DNA from: Salinispira sp.
GTDB taxonomy: Bacteria; Spirochaetota; Spirochaetia; DSM-27196; Salinispiraceae
Direction of reading: 5' to 3'
Assembly: GCA_965226555.1 (NCBI GenBank)
Contig: CBDDDG010000021.1
Span: forward strand, 256,001-320,000
DNA: 64,000 bases
The translations under genes and the position numbers were made by a program. Below are positions 1 through 10,635 of the stretch, one piece after another. The notes beneath the pieces are model-generated. The model made no database searches. It worked only from the letters and a program-made list of their open reading frames with translations, and was not told the origin of the DNA. Every line of letters begins with the position of its first letter. Positions within the stretch are counted from its first letter, which is position 1.

Positions 1-1
1 A

Positions 2-978
2 GATAATTCATCCCGTCTGAAGGTTGTTGCGGGCGATAGTATGATTGGCGATATTGTATCGGTCATTGCTGCCGAACATGTCGAGCTTACCTTACTTGTC
101 GGCCCCGATGAAGATCCGCATTCCTTTGAACCGGAACCGCGAGATCTCATTGTTCTGGAGGAGGCTGATATCATTTTCTGGAATGAAAGAATGTCGATTC
201 TTGAGCAGTTCAGCAATGCGTATTGGGTTTCAGAAGATATACTGACATCTGATCATGACGATCACGATGAGCATGCCGAACACGATGATCATGCCGAACA
301 CGATGATCATGCCGAACATTGGGTTTCGATGATCATGACCATCACGATGATCATGCCGATCACGATGATCATGACGATCACGATGATCATGCCGAACATG
401 ACGATCACGATGAGCATGGCGATCACGATGAGCATGACCATGGCGACACTCATGTGTGGTTTGATCCTCTGAATATGGTGATTTGGACGGAGAGTATAAG
501 CGGGATACTTTCAGAAGCCGATCCTGACAATGCCGCAGACTATGAGCGTAATGCCATACAATACATTGCCGCGCTCAGGGCGCTGGATGAGGAAATACAT
601 GACCGGCTGGATGCGCTGCCCCGCAGGGGAATTGTTACCGATCATATTTTTTTTACCGATTTTATTTCAGCATACAATCTTGAGTTTATTGGAACGCTCA
701 TTCCCAGCGTCAGTGATCAGGCTGAACCATCGCCGCGGCATGCCGCTGATCTTATAGAAAAACTACAAGCGCATGGGGGAGGTATTGTTTTAATGGATGC
801 GGGGGCTCCTCCCAGTAGACGGCAGCTTGCCGATGAAATTGCGAAGGAGGCGGGCGGGAATGTTAGTGTTGTTACTATTCTTGTCGATGCGCTCGCAAAG
901 CCCGGTTCTCCGGGAGATACCTATGTGTCATTCATGCGCTACAACGTAGAAAAACTTGCCGAAGCCTTGGGAAATTAG
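2..978 (+). pseudogene. ZnuA/TroA-type metal ABC substrate-binding protein, 5' partial, frameshifted in the His/Asp-rich loop (~318-330)
   Basis: DPHSFEP, H/D-rich loop, DTHVWFDP and TDH motifs are split over two frames (41..472 and 319..978); the frame is open to the window start. Confidence 0.8.
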
Positions 979-1518
979 GCGCGAGCATATTATCGTTTGC
1001 GTGTTGACTTTGAGCAACTGTATCGTCTTGCCCGCGCCGATCGGGAGGTTGAGGCTGCTCTTGCTGCCGGGTCTGTACCGCCGGAAATGCGGCAGTTATG
1101 GCATCGCTTGGAAAATCAGGGGGTGCAGGTTGAGTTGTTCGATCGCGGGCTGAAGGGCGAGCAAAATATGCCCGATAAGGTGTTGCAATTGCGTATGTTG
1201 GAAGATGCCTTAGACTATAACGGTACCCCGGGCATTGTCGTGTTGCTTACTGGTGATGGCGCTGGTTATTATCAGGGATCGGGCTTTCATCGTACGCTTG
1301 AGCGCATGCATGGCCGCAAATGGCAGGTGGAAATTCTCTCATGGAGGCATGCCTGTAATAAGCGTATGCGCGAGTGGGCAGAAATGCACGGCAAATTTAT
1401 TGCGCTGGATGATTTTTATGATTCAATTACATTTTTGAATCCTTCTCGTGAAGGATTCGAACTTGCACTTCCCCGTAACGCTAAACCGCTGGATTTAACG
1501 AAGCGCGATCATTTTTAA
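979..1518 (+). pseudogene. NYN/LabA-like (PIN-fold) domain protein, N-terminally truncated
   Basis: EQNMPD and VLLTGDG motifs present; no N-terminal DxxN motif or RBS; frame begins directly after the upstream TAG. Confidence 0.6.
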
Positions 1519-1678
1519 GTATTGAGGATACCCATTTCCGGAAAATCAGATAAAAACTATCTTTATCTATATCAGCGACACATTCTACCTGACGCAAATG
1601 AGCGGACAGGAAGTTTATCCATTTTGGATATAGAATTGCTTCGCCGCACTTACCCTCCACAACTATGTATAAATTCAA
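1481..1678 (-). pseudogene. Fragment of a TOPRIM-like partner of an AAA ATPase
   Basis: MNLYIVVEG start; an SGNGYP motif continues in another frame; truncated. Confidence 0.5.
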
Positions 1679-2136
1679 GCGATCCCTTCTGAATAGAATT
1701 TGTTGTTTATGAGTTGCGTAAAATGTTCTTGTTTTGAACTCAGGAATTTTTTCTTCAGTGATTCACCATTAAGAATTTCTACATCCAATCCATTCCGATA
1801 AAATACCTTCCATGATGAAATATCAATATTATTGATAATATAGGGGTGGTGGCTGGTCATAATAAACTGGCAGGAATCCCCCACAACCTTTACCGGAAGG
1901 TTTACTCCCGGTAAAATGTCAGAGATTATCTTTAATTGAGTGTCGATGATGAAGGGAAATGCCTGCTTTATAAGATCGCATACACGTTCATAGCTTCCGG
2001 GATCAATGTGACTTAAAAGGTACATTTTATTATGGAAATCCATCTGATTTTTGACAAGTTCTTGTTCATTTTTCAGAAGAACAAAGCAGGACATCTGGTT
2101 GTTTAATTTTGGTAATTCTGAGCCATTCCACATCAA
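1675..2136 (-). pseudogene. ABC/AAA_21-type ATPase C-terminal remnant
   Basis: QFIMTSHHPYIIN H-loop retained; Walker A/B absent. Confidence 0.55.
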
Positions 2137-2423
2137 TGAATTATCTGTGCGGTCAATAAGGAGTTTTTTATTTTTGAGTTCGCGCAGTACCTCTTTTTTT
2201 ATGTACAGTTCATTCGGGCATCATTCATCATGCGAGAACGTTTGTATTTTAACAATTTCATTGCTAATCCTTCCCCGTCTCAGCAACAGTCGCATGGGCG
2301 AGTAGCCGTGCAACGCTGACCAGTCGCCACTTGATCGAAAAAAGGCAGGCGCGGGGCTGGTCTGCGCCCCGCGCCTGCCTGAGTTGAATTGCAGCGTTTC
2401 AATAGCCGCTGCGGGTTATGAAA

Positions 2424-4256
2424 CTAAAACCATGACGGCGTATTACCGGCCAAGCCGGAAAGAAAAAACGTAGTTGTTTTGCTTCCTATATATGTGCCAT
2501 CATCCCATTTACCACCACCATCAGTAGTCTTCCATGTAACAGGGGGGGCAACCGAGTTATCCCAGGCCCAGTTTTCAAGATTTTGATTAAATGCGTTTGC
2601 GCCAAAGAACACAGTGTTCATATTCGTTACCGAACTGACATCCCAGAGTGAGATATCACCATTGAATGCAGATGCACTCAGGAACATACCTTCCATATTC
2701 GTTACCGAACTGACATCCCAGCCGGAGATATCGCCATTGAATACAGTTGTTCCAGAGAACATAATGGACATATCCGTTACCGAACTGACATCCCAGAGTG
2801 AGACATCGCCATTGAATGTTGACCAAACACTGAAAATCCCATTCATATTCGTTACTGCCGCGGTAATAATGTAGTTGAGATCGGCAGTATCTCCCCAGTT
2901 TGATATCCCCGCATTTACCGCTGTTTTCAGTTCAGCGTTAGTTGTTGGACTCTCAGTAACAGAGAAATATTCGGCAAAGAGTATGTCTCCGCTTTCTGTT
3001 TCACCATATATCACATATATTCCTGCCGTCGTACCTGCGGTAACCGTAACAATTCCGGTACTCGCATTAACTGTCGGCAGGGTGACCGTTCCGGGCGGAG
3101 TTACGGTGGTTACCTTCAGGTCTCCTCCATCATCAACCGTGAGAGTGCCCGGTTCTACCGTGGTCAAAGAAACACTGAGGTTCAGGTTCTCATTGGCAAT
3201 ACCGGCAGTATTAATGGCATTATCGGCAAGTAAAATGTTTATAGAATTTTCCTCGCCCGAAGGAATCTCTGTCGGAGGAAATGATGGCAGCGGTTCCGTT
3301 GCGGGGGCAGACCATGGTCCAATGCCGACCGCGTTGATGGCACGCGCATGCACTTGGTAGAGAGCACCGTTTGTCAGGCCGGTAATGGTGTGGTCTGTTC
3401 CGGTGATGCCGGAAGCATCTGTCCATGCGGTTATGCCGACTTCGCGATATATCAGCTCATACCCGGTAATTTCGCTGCCGTTATTTTCCGGTGCAGACCA
3501 TCTCGCAACGATCCGCCCAGTGCCCGCATAAAGGGTTGGGGCAACCGGCGCGTCAGGAACAGCGGCAAGGGCAGGGAGAGTTGAAACGGCAGATTCCGAC
3601 CATGCGCCAATTCCTCCGTCCGCGTTGACCGCTCGCGCCTGTACCTCATAGACACTGCCGTTTGTCAGGTCGCTAATGACATGGCTTGTACCGTCAATGC
3701 CTTCGGTAATAATTTCCCAGCTTCCGCTGCCGTATTCCCTATAACGCAGGTGGTATGCGCTAATGTCGCTGCCGCCGGTATCAGTCGGCGCCGTCCATGT
3801 AACGGTCAGTTGACCGTCTCCTGCAACAAGGGTGGGAGCAGCCAGCGCGACAGGGGGCGCAGTTGGCGGCGCAATAGGTGTTGCCGTGGCAGACGCCGAC
3901 CACGTACCCGCACCCCCCGCGTTGACGGCGCGCACCTGCACAGCATACCTGAGACCGTTTGTCAGCTCGGTAATGGTGTGGCTTGTGCCGGTAATACCGG
4001 TGTTAATCTCCATCCAGATGCCGCTGTCAAATTCACCATAACGCAGATTATACGCGGTAATGGCGTTGCCCCCATCCTTGTCGTTTACTTCATTCCATAT
4101 AGCGGCGAGCTCAGCCCATGAGGCTGTAAGCTGTCCGTCTCCCGCTATGAGGGCTGGCGCAAACATGGCAGGGGGAGCATCCGGCATTGGGCATCCGCTG
4201 AGTACCAGCGCTGCAACAATTACGGTAAGTATCAATCTGAGAATCATATACATCAT
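2424..4256 (-). CDS. Surface lipoprotein, 3 FN3 domains plus DUF285/BspA-like repeats
   Basis: LVLSGC lipobox; repeated YxVQVRAVN; FNGDISxWDVSSVTNM 25-aa repeats. Confidence 0.85.
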   Translation of the reverse strand: MMYMILRLILTVIVAALVLSGCPMPDAPPAMFAPALIAGDGQLTASWAELAAIWNEVNDKDGGNAITAYNLRYGEFDSGIWMEINTGITGTSHTITELTNGLRYAVQVRAVNAGGAGTWSASATATPIAPPTAPPVALAAPTLVAGDGQLTVTWTAPTDTGGSDISAYHLRYREYGSGSWEIITEGIDGTSHVISDLTNGSVYEVQARAVNADGGIGAWSESAVSTLPALAAVPDAPVAPTLYAGTGRIVARWSAPENNGSEITGYELIYREVGITAWTDASGITGTDHTITGLTNGALYQVHARAINAVGIGPWSAPATEPLPSFPPTEIPSGEENSINILLADNAINTAGIANENLNLSVSLTTVEPGTLTVDDGGDLKVTTVTPPGTVTLPTVNASTGIVTVTAGTTAGIYVIYGETESGDILFAEYFSVTESPTTNAELKTAVNAGISNWGDTADLNYIITAAVTNMNGIFSVWSTFNGDVSLWDVSSVTDMSIMFSGTTVFNGDISGWDVSSVTNMEGMFLSASAFNGDISLWDVSSVTNMNTVFFGANAFNQNLENWAWDNSVAPPVTWKTTDGGGKWDDGTYIGSKTTTFFLSGLAGNTPSWF

Positions 4257-4604
4257 CCTTTGAATATCGAAAATTTTGTGTATTCCGAATTCTATAAAAG
4301 TTTCTCTTACACACTACAACACATTCAGCCGTATGTCTACTACAAAGTTTTGCAAAAGTGGGAAATAAACATTTGAGAGTCCATCCTTCCCGTCCACTAA
4401 CCCGCATTCCCGAGCCCTCCCCTCCCGTAGCCCCAAAAAAATCACACATTTTGCAAACTTTTTTCAAATTCTTTCAAAAAACATAGTCAAAAATGACCGT
4501 TTACCCGTTATAGATATAAGGGAGAATTCACCATGGGACCATGTCGCCATGGGAGCTCCCCTATTCAGAAAGAAACGTTCAAAAAAAACCTTCAGGAGGA
4601 TTGT

Positions 4605-5681
4605 ATGATCGATTTCAAAGAAAAACCCGCCCCCATTCCCTACGACCAAGGATACCGCTCCCTGCTGTTCCAACCCGCAATAATGCTCCAATTTCTTCAA
4701 CGCTTTGTCGGAGGCGCATGGACGAAAAAATTGCGAACCGAGGACATAACCATTGAAAACGGTACCTTTTTTATCGACCATGCAAAAACACGAATGGCCG
4801 ACATTGTCTGCAAAATCAGAAGTCGGGATCATACGGGAGATGTTGCTATCTATGTGCTCCTTGAGCATCAGTCTGGAGTGGACAAAGACATGCCCCTCCG
4901 CATGTCGGAGTACACAAATCTGCTCTATCGGAACATTCACCGCTCCGGCGCAATTCCCGATGACTGCGAGGTGGTATTTCTGCCCATTGTATTCTATAAT
5001 GGCACTCGAAAATGGAAGGTGCCGGGGAATGTCAGAAAGCAACGGAAACGGAAATTCCCGCAGTATCTTGCTCCTTTTCCCTACGATCTTATTAACGAGA
5101 GCGATTATTCTGCGGAGCAGCTGCAGCAGCGGGGAAGAATGTTTGCGGCTGTTATGTACCTTGATCTGTACTCGAAAAATCTGCTGAATACGGATTGGGA
5201 CATTCGGAAGGTGGAGAAAGCGATAGCAGAAATGCTGAATGAAGAATCGCTGGAGCTGATAGAGGAATTTATCGGCGTGATAGATTCGATGTTCGGAATT
5301 GTTATAGACTTCGATACGTTAATGAATCAATTAGAAAGAACAAAAGAACCGAGAGGTAAGGAGGTAGCAAAAATGTTCAGAATGAATGCGGAAACATTCA
5401 GAGCGCGCATTGCGGAGATGGGTCGGCAGGAAGGACTTCAGACAGGTCGGCAGGAAGGATTGCAGACAGGACTGCGAACAGGTCGTGAAGAAGGACTTCA
5501 GACAGGAATGCAGAAAGGTCTTGTAAAAGGAATGGAGAGAGGTCTTGTAAAAGGAATGGAGAGAGGCATTCGAGAAACGGCCCGCAGTATGTTTTCCAAA
5601 GGATTTTCAGCCCATGACATTCAGGATGTTACCGGGCTGAGCGATGAGGAAATGCGGACAGTGCGGAACGGATCGCATTAA
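4605..5681 (+). CDS. Rpn-family recombination-promoting nuclease / PD-(D/E)XK putative transposase, intact
   Basis: AGGAGGA RBS then ATG 4605; YD, ADIV, LLEHQS, PIVFYNG motifs; GxxxG repeats; TGLSDEE tail. Confidence 0.85.
   Translation: MIDFKEKPAPIPYDQGYRSLLFQPAIMLQFLQRFVGGAWTKKLRTEDITIENGTFFIDHAKTRMADIVCKIRSRDHTGDVAIYVLLEHQSGVDKDMPLRMSEYTNLLYRNIHRSGAIPDDCEVVFLPIVFYNGTRKWKVPGNVRKQRKRKFPQYLAPFPYDLINESDYSAEQLQQRGRMFAAVMYLDLYSKNLLNTDWDIRKVEKAIAEMLNEESLELIEEFIGVIDSMFGIVIDFDTLMNQLERTKEPRGKEVAKMFRMNAETFRARIAEMGRQEGLQTGRQEGLQTGLRTGREEGLQTGMQKGLVKGMERGLVKGMERGIRETARSMFSKGFSAHDIQDVTGLSDEEMRTVRNGSH
5373..5681 (+). CDS. Internal in-frame small C-terminal protein (RpnS-like, putative antitoxin)
   Basis: AAGGAGGT just upstream of an in-frame ATG at 5373. 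Confidence 0.65.
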   Translation: MFRMNAETFRARIAEMGRQEGLQTGRQEGLQTGLRTGREEGLQTGMQKGLVKGMERGLVKGMERGIRETARSMFSKGFSAHDIQDVTGLSDEEMRTVRNGSH

Positions 5682-5723
5682 TTATCGCCGTTCGGCCTGC
5701 GCGCAGAGCGGATAATATCAACA

Positions 5724-6953
5724 TCAGAAAACTTCTTCAAGAACGTAGAAGTATCCCTCATCGGTTCCGAAGATTATCCAGGGACCTGCAATTACCGGTG
5801 AGTTGAGAATTGAGCCCTCGACCGCGAGGCGCCAGTGGATGGCGCCGGAGAGGGGGGAGACTGCGAGAAGTTCGCCCGGGCTTTCAAGGCCGAAGTAGAG
5901 GCGGTCGCCTGCGAGGGTGGGGGCAGTGGAGAGAGGTCGGTCGTAGCGCTTTTGCCACATAATTCTGCCGTTTCTATTGTTATATGAACGGAGGATCTGG
6001 TCGCCCATGGCGAAGATGACGTGCCTGCGCCAGAGCAGCGGAGCGGCGTAGTCGAGCAGCAGGGTGTTTTTCAGCAGATATTCCCGCGCGGTTTCGAGGG
6101 TGATGCCGTTGTCAAAATAGGCGGAATCAATCTGCTCCCAGAGAAGATCGCCGCTGTATAGCGCAATGGCAGCAAAATAATGCTCCCAAATTCCCGGCTC
6201 AACCAGACCGGTTACCGAAAAATACAGGCTCCGGTTTTTTACTGCCGGAAAACTATACCAGAAATACCTGCTGAGCTCGTCTCCAAGTTCCCAGAGATAC
6301 TCATTCTGCTTCAGATCATAGACGCTGAGGCTATAGGGATTGGTCGGGGTTCCGGGGGCAAAGGCGAGAATATCGTTGAATATTTGAAAGGAATTATGCC
6401 GCCATACGGCATTGTCGAGGCTGAATTGGAGATTCCCGTCATCGGCGTTTATAAAATACAGGGCGTCGGCATCGGCGGCGGCGGCAATCATATCTTCATA
6501 GGAAGTAACAGTTGAGTTTACCTGTCCTGTGGTCTGAAATTGCCATTCGACTTCTCCGCTTTCCCGTGAAAGGGCATAGATGATGCCATCGCTTGAACCG
6601 AAATATACCCGAGTTTCATCGGCATAGGCCACAGAATTGATGGGACCGCCCGAACGAAAGGCCCAATTCATGTATCCGCTTCGAAGATCGAGGGAATAAA
6701 AATTCCCGTCTGCCGATCCGAAGTAGATGCTGTTATCGATAAGCAGGGGTTGGTTGAAGTGCCTCCGGTCTTCGCTTTGTTTATTGAGCAGGAGCTTCCA
6801 TTTGACAGCTACCGGCGGTGAAATGCTTGTTCGGGCGATACCGAGCCCCCGATTTCCCCGAAACTCTATCCATTCACGTTCGCATGAGGAGAAAAGGAAG
6901 AGCAGCGCCAAAGAGAACAGCAGAAAGAACAGCAGACGGGGCGATATGTTCAT
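5724..6953 (-). CDS. PQQ-like beta-propeller (BamB-like) lipoprotein
   Basis: LFSSC lipobox; repeated YFGSxDG...G...W blades. Confidence 0.8.
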   Translation of the reverse strand: MNISPRLLFFLLFSLALLFLFSSCEREWIEFRGNRGLGIARTSISPPVAVKWKLLLNKQSEDRRHFNQPLLIDNSIYFGSADGNFYSLDLRSGYMNWAFRSGGPINSVAYADETRVYFGSSDGIIYALSRESGEVEWQFQTTGQVNSTVTSYEDMIAAAADADALYFINADDGNLQFSLDNAVWRHNSFQIFNDILAFAPGTPTNPYSLSVYDLKQNEYLWELGDELSRYFWYSFPAVKNRSLYFSVTGLVEPGIWEHYFAAIALYSGDLLWEQIDSAYFDNGITLETAREYLLKNTLLLDYAAPLLWRRHVIFAMGDQILRSYNNRNGRIMWQKRYDRPLSTAPTLAGDRLYFGLESPGELLAVSPLSGAIHWRLAVEGSILNSPVIAGPWIIFGTDEGYFYVLEEVF

Positions 6954-9193
6954 AGCAAATACCTCATATCTTTCAGGGAGAACAATTCGCGCAGAATTGC
7001 CGTGAAACGATGCTGTTCCTTCAAAAGACGGCGATATTCTTTACGGAGTTGTTCTATATTTTCGCTGCTGCTCTCCGGCGCGATTTTGCCGTCTTTGTTG
7101 TTTTCCTGGCCTTTGCTGCTGCTCTCCGGTACGATTCCGCTTTCCGTGTTTTCTGTTCGGTAGATTAATGCCGTATACACCTGCGCAAACATTCGGAGCT
7201 CGGGGTACATTTCCGCATATTCGGCAGGGGTGGTGTCGATATTTTTCAATGCGTATCCGCGGGCATTTAAGCGGATGATGAGGAGCCGGTACAGTGCCTT
7301 ACAGACCGATTCACGTTCATTCCGATTATTTTTCCGGGAAATGATAATGAGCCGGGCAAGTCGGCTCCAGCGGATTCCGTAGAAAACAAGAAGCGCGCCT
7401 AATGTGGTCATGACTGTGAGGCGCAGGAGAATTCCCCAGGGAATTGGCAATCGGGAACGGGCGGAGCGATCACGCAGGTCGGGAATAATAAGGTCGAGGT
7501 TATGTGGGTCCATGTCTCCGGCAGGGGGAATTGCGAAGGAGGTAGTTTCAATATCTACCCATCCGTAGATCGGGAGGTAGAACTGAGCCCATGAGTGGCG
7601 GTGCACGTTTGTTACCAGATACAGGTCTGAAATATCGGCATGGGCAATTGGGGGGTAATTGTGCTGAAGTTCAGCCAATGCCTGAAGATGGGAGGCATTA
7701 CGGAAACCTTCAGAAACAAGATACCCGGTAACCACCCTGCTTGGAATTCCCATCATTCTGCCGAGAATGGCAGCGCTGTTGGAAAATTCCGTACAATCGC
7801 CCGATTTATTCTCGAAGAGAAATGCGCTTACGGCAGCGGTGCTCACGTCATCGGTAAAGCCCAGTTCATATTGATATGCGCGGTAGTGCTGCAAAATGTT
7901 TGCAATGCGTTCCATGAAGGAGCTGTTCGGGGACGCAAGCTCATCGGCAAGCATGCGGTATTGCTGCCTGAATTCTTCCGGTAGGCTCAGCTCAAGGTAG
8001 GGGAGAAGTTTCTGCCGTTCGACAGGAAGCAGCGCTGCTGCTCCGTTTTCTGCCGCTCCGGCTCTGTTTCCGGGGAAACGCTGGAGAATACTGATGGTGG
8101 AAACACGGCTCTGGCTGCGGTAGGTATAGGTGAGGGGGTAAAAGTCCGTGTTAAAAATTGTGGGTTCTATCCGGTAGGGTTGGTAGGAACTCACCTTATC
8201 GGAAATGGTTGAATAAACCTCAATCTGAACCGGTTGGCGGTTTCGCAGGGGCAGCGGGGAAGGATTTTGCCAGGTTTCAAGATACTGGCTCTTTGTCAGA
8301 CGGTTGAGATGAAAATCGGGATCGGAATAAAACCCGCGCAGCGGATCATGATTATTGAAATATTCATCGGCAAGATACAGCGTTCCAACCGGACTCTTAA
8401 CAATCATAACCATATGCTGCCTGCTGAGCGTGCCGTTTTCACCGGAATTTCCTGTTCCGTTTCTGCTTCCCCATGCATTCGGCGAGAGAATGAATACACC
8501 GGCCTCATCGCCATCTCCATTATTTTCGGAGTCCCCATCGCTCTCAGAAATATCTTCAGAATCGGAAAGAGGTCTCAGGGGAGGGTTGATGATATTGTCG
8601 GCATTGTTAAAGACCCGCAGGTCCTGTATAAAATCGTTCGGAAGAAAAAAAGCAGTAAGAACAGCAAGAGTCAGGGGAACAAGAATACCCGCAGCGCATT
8701 CTCCTGCCCTCGGCCGCTGAGCTCCGAATTTCAGCCGATACAGAAGTATTGTATACAGTATGAAGCCGGTAAGCAGGAGGCTGAGAGCGAGGGCAGTAAA
8801 GGCCTGCGATTCCTGGGAACGGATATTCAATAGCCGGTATATAACAAAGATAAAATATGACAGATCAATATAAAAGATGCGGGCACAGCGCCGGTGAAAC
8901 ATGAGCCACGTTGACCAGTAGGCACATTGCGCGAATAGAAAAATATCCAACGAGACGGTGGTTACGGAGAAGAAGGGCAGAATAAGCAGCGGCAGAACGA
9001 AGGAAAGAATATGGAGTATTCTCCGCTGTTTCCTTTCAACTTTTACCCAGCCGAGTATGGCCCCGAGCGGCATGAACAGCAATATCCGCAGCAGGAAGGC
9101 AGCATCGGCATAATGGGCAAGCGCCGGATGAAAGATGGGCAGCAGCATTAATGCCGCATATAACAGAAGGCGTCCCGCAAAAAGCATTACCAC
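6950..9193 (-). CDS. Membrane transglutaminase-like protein
   Basis: GDCTEFS, HSWAQ and WVDIETT triad motifs; N-terminal TM helices. Confidence 0.8.
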   Translation of the reverse strand: MVMLFAGRLLLYAALMLLPIFHPALAHYADAAFLLRILLFMPLGAILGWVKVERKQRRILHILSFVLPLLILPFFSVTTVSLDIFLFAQCAYWSTWLMFHRRCARIFYIDLSYFIFVIYRLLNIRSQESQAFTALALSLLLTGFILYTILLYRLKFGAQRPRAGECAAGILVPLTLAVLTAFFLPNDFIQDLRVFNNADNIINPPLRPLSDSEDISESDGDSENNGDGDEAGVFILSPNAWGSRNGTGNSGENGTLSRQHMVMIVKSPVGTLYLADEYFNNHDPLRGFYSDPDFHLNRLTKSQYLETWQNPSPLPLRNRQPVQIEVYSTISDKVSSYQPYRIEPTIFNTDFYPLTYTYRSQSRVSTISILQRFPGNRAGAAENGAAALLPVERQKLLPYLELSLPEEFRQQYRMLADELASPNSSFMERIANILQHYRAYQYELGFTDDVSTAAVSAFLFENKSGDCTEFSNSAAILGRMMGIPSRVVTGYLVSEGFRNASHLQALAELQHNYPPIAHADISDLYLVTNVHRHSWAQFYLPIYGWVDIETTSFAIPPAGDMDPHNLDLIIPDLRDRSARSRLPIPWGILLRLTVMTTLGALLVFYGIRWSRLARLIIISRKNNRNERESVCKALYRLLIIRLNARGYALKNIDTTPAEYAEMYPELRMFAQVYTALIYRTENTESGIVPESSSKGQENNKDGKIAPESSSENIEQLRKEYRRLLKEQHRFTAILRELFSLKDMRYLL

Positions 9194-10635
9194 TCCTTTT
9201 TGAGAATATATTCGTGCACCTCACCTGCGCGCAGGCCGCTTGGGCGCGCTTCATCTTCGGAAAAGGGTGATGGCGCCGCGGAGGGTGATGGCGATGCGGA
9301 TGGTGATGGCGATGCGGATGGTGATGGCGATGGCGATAGTGATGCAAAGAGATGTTCTGGTATATAGGCGGGGATGAAATTCTCCCCCGGGAACCATTTC
9401 ATAACCTTGTCAACGCGTGCGCCAGTCCTCGGGCGCGTCCCGCGCCAGTCGCCTGCGCCAGTCCCAGAGCGCGTCCCGCTGCGACTGCCAGTCCCAGGGC
9501 GTGTCCCGCGCCATGTCCGCACGAGAAATAGTTCGTAGTTCCCGCAATGGCGGGTGAGCGCGGTGAGTTCCCGGCAGCGTTCATGGCTGAAGATGATCCA
9601 CCGCGAGCTGGCGGGAGGAAAATTCTCAAGAGGGGAAGGAGGATACCACTGCGCCAGTATTTCCAGAAAGAGCGGGAGCGATTTCTCCCCGTCAGAATGC
9701 TCTCGGGGATCCACTTCATATTCGGTATCGTGCAGACGAATGCGGAATGTGATCTCCATTCCCTGCTGTTGCTCCTGCAGCACAGCATCAATAAAACCTC
9801 TTAAAAGCGATTTCAAATAGGCAAGCTCCAGCGAATATGATTGCGCGAGGAGTATGATGCTGATGATCCTGCTTTCCGATTCTGACTCGGGCGGAATGCG
9901 GGTGAGCAGTGTGCGGATGCGCCCCGAGGCCTTCCAGTTTATGTCGCGGGCGAGGTCTCCGGGCTGATAGTCGCGGATAAAAATCTTTTCACTCTCGGAA
10001 TGCCTGCGGGACTGCGCATCGTCTTGGCTTTCACTGCTCTGAGAGATGAGAATATCACCCATACCTTCTCCCGGAGGAAGAACAATTGCCGTACGGTTCT
10101 GAGAAAAAAGAACGCGGCGGGTAATGCCGAAAATATCGGCAATATAAAATTCTCCCCGCATATCCATACGCCCGGGAAGCGGGGGATGCATGTCCATGAG
10201 CAGGCTCCCATCGTTGCGAAAGCAGTAATCGCGGCGAAAATGGTACAGCCGCCGCGTCCCCGCCATGAGCCATGCCGTTACGAAGAGGTGAAAACGGAAA
10301 AACGGCGGCAGTCCCAGCCCCCGCGCCTGTCTATGGCCCTGTCCATGTCCATGGCCCAGAATGCGTGCGCGCTGCCCCGTGTTCTGCCTCTCTGCGGTGA
10401 GATACTCCGAAGAGTTCCACTGCAGAATATCCTGCGGATGTCTGCCCGACTGAAAAAGAACCGCTGCGGTAAGAAGAAGGCAGAAGGCGAAGGCCAGCGA
10501 CCCAATGACTGCCGCGAGAGTATCCGATAATATCAGTCCGGAACCAAGGAGAAAAATACCACAGAGCATTATAATGGTGCCGAAGGCGCTCAGGGGGTAG
10601 TACCTGCGCAGGGCGCGGGCATTGCGGACATTCAT
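9187..10635 (-). CDS. DUF58 family protein
   Basis: IRDYQPGDLARDINWKASGR; ATGA overlap with the moxR stop. Confidence 0.8.
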   Translation of the reverse strand: MNVRNARALRRYYPLSAFGTIIMLCGIFLLGSGLILSDTLAAVIGSLAFAFCLLLTAAVLFQSGRHPQDILQWNSSEYLTAERQNTGQRARILGHGHGQGHRQARGLGLPPFFRFHLFVTAWLMAGTRRLYHFRRDYCFRNDGSLLMDMHPPLPGRMDMRGEFYIADIFGITRRVLFSQNRTAIVLPPGEGMGDILISQSSESQDDAQSRRHSESEKIFIRDYQPGDLARDINWKASGRIRTLLTRIPPESESESRIISIILLAQSYSLELAYLKSLLRGFIDAVLQEQQQGMEITFRIRLHDTEYEVDPREHSDGEKSLPLFLEILAQWYPPSPLENFPPASSRWIIFSHERCRELTALTRHCGNYELFLVRTWRGTRPGTGSRSGTRSGTGAGDWRGTRPRTGARVDKVMKWFPGENFIPAYIPEHLFASLSPSPSPSASPSPSASPSPSAAPSPFSEDEARPSGLRAGEVHEYILKKEW

